The notes under the pieces were generated by a model, which worked only from the letters and a program-made list of their open reading frames with translations, had not been told where the DNA came from and made no database searches. A stretch of DNA of 11,445 nt, from assembly GCA_019057635.1 (NCBI GenBank), contig DXJL01000080.1:1-11445 (forward strand), written 5' to 3'. The DNA comes from Candidatus Heimdallarchaeota archaeon (GTDB lineage: Archaea; Asgardarchaeota; Heimdallarchaeia; Hodarchaeales; Hodarchaeaceae). Of this stretch, positions 9,201-11,445 are shown one piece after another. Made by a program: the position numbers and the translations under genes. The first letter of the stretch is position 1. Each line of letters begins with the position of its first letter.

Positions 9201-9331
9201 GCTAAAAGACCTACAATCAGTAATAAACGATACCGTACAAAGTAGTCCCATAGTCTTACCGCTATCTTTTCTAACATTTGATTCTTCGTTGATTCTGGGA
9301 TTGGGTTTTGTTCCTCTTCTTGGGCAGTCAT
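6293..9331 (-). CDS. Large polytopic GT-C fold glycosyltransferase (ArnT/PMT-like, GT83/GT39 type)
   Basis: First TM helix followed by WDEGWF (DE motif), then FDKPPFAF, YSRTAYID and MTKAWQG. Many hydrophobic segments, YYYIPLVLP near the last core helices, and a soluble C-terminal domain with several N-x-S/T sequons. Confidence 0.8.
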   Translation of the reverse strand: MTAQEEEQNPIPESTKNQMLEKIAVRLWDYFVRYRLLLIVGLLAFWLKIVYTSSIDMWDEGWFVSIASRIADGLSDPFLPLYYRGNNTTLQLFDKPPFAFIFGALLMNIFGKSTFGANGMNAIGGAGLAVVIYLLFSHQKETKSAHAIAGLLVALASFLNFYSRTAYIDPFVIFMGSIVFLTGIRAIDAIFVDNNLKKGYLLIILTGILNVLNVMTKAWQGVLIAPSIAIYLVFRYLERHVDFSQLKIALHESRESFSLSFSDNEEHSSSSEQTYANLFPYFVFLLALVISFIITVIYNQLLVAGLIIAIVSASTCFTVFLRFWKNEFVEGNYLVLFFTGITSVLAAFAGNIIVSLFYNRLEDAFKQFATALSSNNMSIIKGILFFLSEGTLENLEALNNEVFVLALLELIGALLGSIGTIILALVAFGLLLDFISSDRAFIRFIYELIDSFPLIIMGIWLMFWFVGLLLLGLVFDRNALSITLMGVAISLLLIPLLSYYPHLKNKLIKFFNLKARIRSQAELTIFSSHILFIGITLIVIILSFYPFIAWVQYIDANLVNFPWEVRTPGELAGDPNKPDVVTYTFLFFDYYIGWRYTSGTKYNLADSLGGAINDYVLVVMLPFFLIGLWAFFFSERRNPALGSALITWLLVIPLVFFPAMFQLNYYYIPLVLPYLAIAAKGFEFIYSYEKMRLLAVDNVEKGLAGGYFFLEIGFTFVYVPLTAFLANGNLNSLFRNLFVAAIYLIPFIFLCFYVLKTFPGIITAGFAYKFFIDAWFRGGGGLYRLYDYIVHDFLNLLFKLDFSWIGEVMEFGAPLATFVGLILLIVGLYWLKPKIKPQLTIILALAMSGMLVNVSTNVHYNQIFDLRYQEMAIYINNHGGDYNYSTWAINEGGTQFALRYYLEYEVKDTGNYPFSSNSTSDVNDYFTNHLPDIHFWVIVNHTGHWWDSEKGTGVPPYAEMYPEAYKWLTTNPDLACVDEIVGLTTWYKMHLFVNKTWITEVKKLNWETLSGK

Positions 9332-9336
9332 GACTA

Positions 9337-9376
9337 TCCACCCATCTGTTCAGTGCATTCATTTAAGTTAGTTTTG
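9337..9376 (-). promoter_or_regulatory. Putative BRE/TATA and SD of the glycosyltransferase-leuA-like-ppiC unit
   Basis: Minus strand reads CAAAACTAACTTAAAT, followed by GGGTGG a few nt before the ATG at 9331. Confidence 0.4.
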
Positions 9377-9649
9377 CCCTCAATCTGTTATGGATTCCTA
9401 AGTAGTAAAGAGGCATAAAGAACTTTCTTAAGGGGTGATACTTTGTTATTCGGTTGTCCGTTGATGTGAGAGATAAAGTAAACGAGTCTACTTATTATGA
9501 ATACGTTCCAATTAGAACAAGTAGAAGAGATGATAGACCAAGCTAACTATAGCGATGCTCTGAACGAACTAGAAAGGTATGAAGAATCAAACCAGCTAAC
9601 CGATGAAGAACTGCTGACCAAAATTATATCCATTGAGGAAGAATCCATG

Positions 9650-9667
9650 ACTAAATTTGTCAGACAA
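9650..9667 (+). repeat. Left terminal inverted repeat
   Basis: ACTAAATTTGTCAGACAA, which contains the palindrome TTGTC-A-GACAA. Confidence 0.88.
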
Positions 9668-9913
9668 CGCAGTAAAACCGCGTTCTGGACAGGATGAGTC
9701 ACACATCCGCTATCCGGAAAAAACCAATTCAGTTGATGAATTCGTTTTCGAGGGACTACTTGTTACAATCGGGTTGGCATTCTCGCTTGATTCCTCGAAT
9801 TTCAAAAACCACTGGCCTTACCCCCTCGCCCTTGACGGGTAACTCGTCTAACGTAGTTACGAGGGAGGTATTCCAGTAACATTGCGATCTATTCTTTTCA
9901 TCACCTCCGATTT
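9666..9913 (-). ncRNA. Candidate structured non-coding RNA inside the element (strand uncertain)
   Basis: Five consecutive paired domains from 9666 to 9877, including a three-way junction at 9811..9877. About 48% GC by my count over 9661..9880. A BRE-TATA at 9950..9937 points into it. G.U/mismatch patterns do not fix the strand. Confidence 0.5.
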
Positions 9914-9936
9914 ATAAGGATTTGAGGGGGGGAGGC

Positions 9937-9950
9937 CTTTTAAGGGTTTC
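9937..9950 (-). promoter_or_regulatory. Archaeal BRE-TATA promoter inside the element
   Basis: Minus strand GAAACC-CTTAAAAG. The predicted start near 9913 is followed by GGAGGTGA (9908..9901). Confidence 0.55.
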
Positions 9951-9983
9951 AGAGAGAGAGTGAGGTGAAAATGAACATGTAAT

Positions 9984-10001
9984 TTGTCTGACAAATTTGA
10001 T
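9984..10001 (-). repeat. Right terminal inverted repeat
   Basis: TTGTCTGACAAATTTGAT, overlapping the perfect palindrome AATTTGTC-T-GACAAATT (9981..9997). Confidence 0.88.
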
Positions 10002-10222
10002 CATGCTAAAGCTATTTCGAACTTGGGAGAAAATTCTGGATCAGAAACTTTCTATAGGCGAAATAATAAAAATTTCGCGAGTAGAAGACTTAATCAATGG
10101 GGTTATTCGAAATAAAGCATATCAAAATGAAGAAGAGGTCATCGCTTATGCTGATAAAGCTCTTCAGATTGCGAAAGCATGGAAAGCTTAATAACCGCTA
10201 ATAGTTCGTAGGTGGTTTTAAA

Positions 10223-10633
10223 TTGTCGTTTTGGGTTTATATGTTACTCGTAGGAAAAAAATCCAGTGGGTATAATAGGAAAATCTACACGGGGTATACT
10301 CATCATCTGATGAATCGACTTACACAGCACATTGGCTTAAATAGTGTAAAAGGTGCACGTATAACTCGTAAACAACCAATTGAGTTAGTCTATTTAGAAA
10401 AATTTTCTTCTCGTAAACTAGCTCTGAAGCGTGAGTGGGATTTCAAAAATACGAGTCCGTTAAATCAAAAACCGAATAAATTAAGTCTAATTAAAGAGTT
10501 CCAAACAAAGAATGCTGATATTTTAAAGGATTTAAATGCGATATTTGAGGAGCACAATCAATTTCTTGAAACTTTGACAAATGAAATTAAAAAAATTGAA
10601 AAGGAATTTGAGAGACGATTTACACCAAAATAG
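10223..10633 (+). CDS. GIY-YIG nuclease superfamily protein (UPF0213-like) with C-terminal coiled-coil tail
   Basis: WVYML...IYTGYT...NRLTQH...GARITR..PIELVYLE...ALKRE motifs. TTG start preceded by AGGTGG. Confidence 0.85.
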   Translation: MSFWVYMLLVGKKSSGYNRKIYTGYTHHLMNRLTQHIGLNSVKGARITRKQPIELVYLEKFSSRKLALKREWDFKNTSPLNQKPNKLSLIKEFQTKNADILKDLNAIFEEHNQFLETLTNEIKKIEKEFERRFTPK

Positions 10634-10660
10634 TTATTTATTAGCACAATTCAATACTTA

Positions 10661-10686
10661 TTTTAAGACGGGTTATGATTATAACC
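10661..10686 (+). promoter_or_regulatory. Putative TATA box followed by a palindromic operator
   Basis: TTTTAAG (10661..10667), then GGTTAT-GATT-ATAACC (10671..10686), 22 nt upstream of the ATG at 10709. Confidence 0.45.
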
Positions 10687-10708
10687 TATTGGAAGTGAGT
10701 TCGAACCT

Positions 10709-11445
10709 ATGGTAGATCCTTTGTTAATTGGTGCCTTCTTTATTCTTCTGATATGTCTGATCATGATTATTCGTTTCACAGAGATCATTCCATACCTTTA
10801 TATCTATTTTACAGCCAGGAAAGATCTTCCAATAAAACTTCCAAGTGATTTTGGATTAGAAGCTACCTCCATCTCTTTTCCTGTTAAAGATAATTTACAG
10901 AAAGCCTGGTTTTTTCCCAGTAAGCAAGAAAATGGTGCTATCATTCTTATGATCCCAGATTGGACTAATGAACGTTCTTTAGAAAACAGTTTGAAAACAT
11001 CTGGAGTATTTCAAATCATGGGATTTAATGTCTTACTCCCTATTATTCATAACATTGATGAATCAACGCGCCTTCTTCTAAAGAAGAATTTTTCAACGCG
11101 TCATTATTCATTAATAATCCTAAAGGCGTATGAATACCTCATCTCACGTGATAATCTTAATAAACGAAAAATTGCAGTGTATAGCCAATCATTCAGCACA
11201 CTATTAGTGAGTACCTTAGTAAAAGATCAACCAATCCGAGCTGTCGTCCTCGAAAATGGACCTGTTCCGTTAAATACTCTAATTGCTCGTAAATTACCCT
11301 ATACGGGTTTTGGTGCCTCTCTCTTAAGATTCGTGACCCGTTTGATTGTGTGGCCTTTCACGTGGAAAACACGATGGGATCTAAAACATTCTCTCTCCAT
11401 GCTCCATTCCTGTCCTACGTTCCAAATATCAGTTTTTGATCATAA
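10709..11445 (+). CDS. Membrane-anchored alpha/beta-hydrolase-fold protein, 3'-partial, with degenerate catalytic motifs
   Basis: The open frame from ATG 10709 runs off the window, so it is absent from the track. Translation includes MVDPLLIGAFFILLICLIMII (TM), LPSDFGLEATSISF, KAWFFPS, IILMIPD, MGFNVLL, AYEYLISR, KIAVYSQSFS, IRAVVLENG and CPTFQI. Confidence 0.75.
   Translation, partial: MVDPLLIGAFFILLICLIMIIRFTEIIPYLYIYFTARKDLPIKLPSDFGLEATSISFPVKDNLQKAWFFPSKQENGAIILMIPDWTNERSLENSLKTSGVFQIMGFNVLLPIIHNIDESTRLLLKKNFSTRHYSLIILKAYEYLISRDNLNKRKIAVYSQSFSTLLVSTLVKDQPIRAVVLENGPVPLNTLIARKLPYTGFGASLLRFVTRLIVWPFTWKTRWDLKHSLSMLHSCPTFQISVFDH

Larger units (their letters stand above)
9650..10001. mobile_element. 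Non-autonomous IS-like element (MITE), 352 bp, with terminal inverted repeats and flanking CATG duplication
   Basis: Left end ACTAAATTTGTCAGACAA (9650..9667) versus reverse-complemented right end ATCAAATTTGTCAGACAA (9984..10001): 16/18 identical with a 15-bp perfect core. CATG at 9646..9649 and 10002..10005. It interrupts an ORF and has no transposase ORF inside. Confidence 0.85.
9497..10191 (+). pseudogene. 112-aa helical hypothetical protein gene split by an insertion (segments 9497..9649 and 10006..10191)
   Basis: Deleting the insert plus one CATG gives GAA GAA TCC ATG CTA AAG CTA TTT. This joins track ORFs 9497..9697 and 9997..10191 in frame: MNTFQLEQVEEMIDQANYSDALNELE...KIISIEEESMLKLFRTWEKILDQKLSIGE...AKAWKA*. 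Confidence 0.75.

Noticed and set aside
1095-9362. Short track ORFs inside trxB, ACAD, the LeuA-like gene and the glycosyltransferase (1095, 2072, 2421, 2954, 5309, 5364, 5617, 5621, 5804, 6068, 8007, 9165)
   Set aside because: They are antisense or alternate-frame shadows of well-supported genes and have no recognisable motifs.
9747-9799. Bridge-RNA-type guide match between loop sequence (minus-strand GAGGAATCAAGC) and the target GAGGAAGAATCCATGC
   Set aside because: The similarity is short and gapped and partly lies within a stem, so it is not distinguishable from chance without multiple copies.
9657-9879. Track ORFs 9657..9842 and 9694..9879 as transposase or cargo proteins
   Set aside because: They have no DDE, DEDD, HUH or recombinase motifs and no SD, and the region is better explained by base-paired structure.
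9666-9880. Identification of the structured region as tRNA, SRP RNA, RNase P RNA, group II intron domain V, hammerhead or HDV-like ribozyme
   Set aside because: There is no cloverleaf or T-loop, no GAGGAAAGUCC, no SRP helix-8 motif and no CUGANGA/GAAA core. A TAC-CTCCCTC-GTA hairpin resembles HDV P3/L3 but lacks matching P1/P1.1 partners.
10695-10711. GTGAGTTCGAACCT resembling a tRNA T-arm or att-site remnant
   Set aside because: The stem does not pair fully, there is no acceptor, D or anticodon arm, and it lies in the 5' leader of the next gene.
1-11445. CRISPR array or other regularly spaced repeat array; selenoprotein TGA read-through
   Set aside because: No periodic repeats were seen in any intergenic region. 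The redox motifs use ordinary Cys codons, and no conserved frame continues across a TGA.

Overview
AT-rich window that looks archaeal: it has BRE/TATA-type promoters and GGAGGTGA-type Shine-Dalgarno sites. An Asgard/Heimdallarchaeia-like origin is my impression only. The genes are mostly housekeeping or metabolic: a glutaredoxin-fused thioredoxin reductase, an acyl-CoA dehydrogenase, thymidylate kinase, a helical-repeat fragment, a parvulin PPIase, a LeuA/homocitrate-synthase-like gene, a 1012-aa GT-C membrane glycosyltransferase, a GIY-YIG nuclease and a partial membrane-anchored alpha/beta-hydrolase-fold gene. Three things are missed by the ORF track. (1) A 352-bp transposase-less element (9650..10001) has 18-bp terminal inverted repeats and is flanked by CATG on both sides. 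It splits a 112-aa gene that is restored in frame when the element is removed, and it carries about 210 nt of densely base-paired sequence plus back-to-back promoter/SD signals, making it a candidate ncRNA-carrying mobile element. (2) Two tandem ~51-aa microprotein genes share an L-x3-[LI]-x-Y-L-x-Y-x-G-P-[LV]-[YF] motif. (3) The LeuA-like gene continues for 64 family-like codons past an in-frame TAG.
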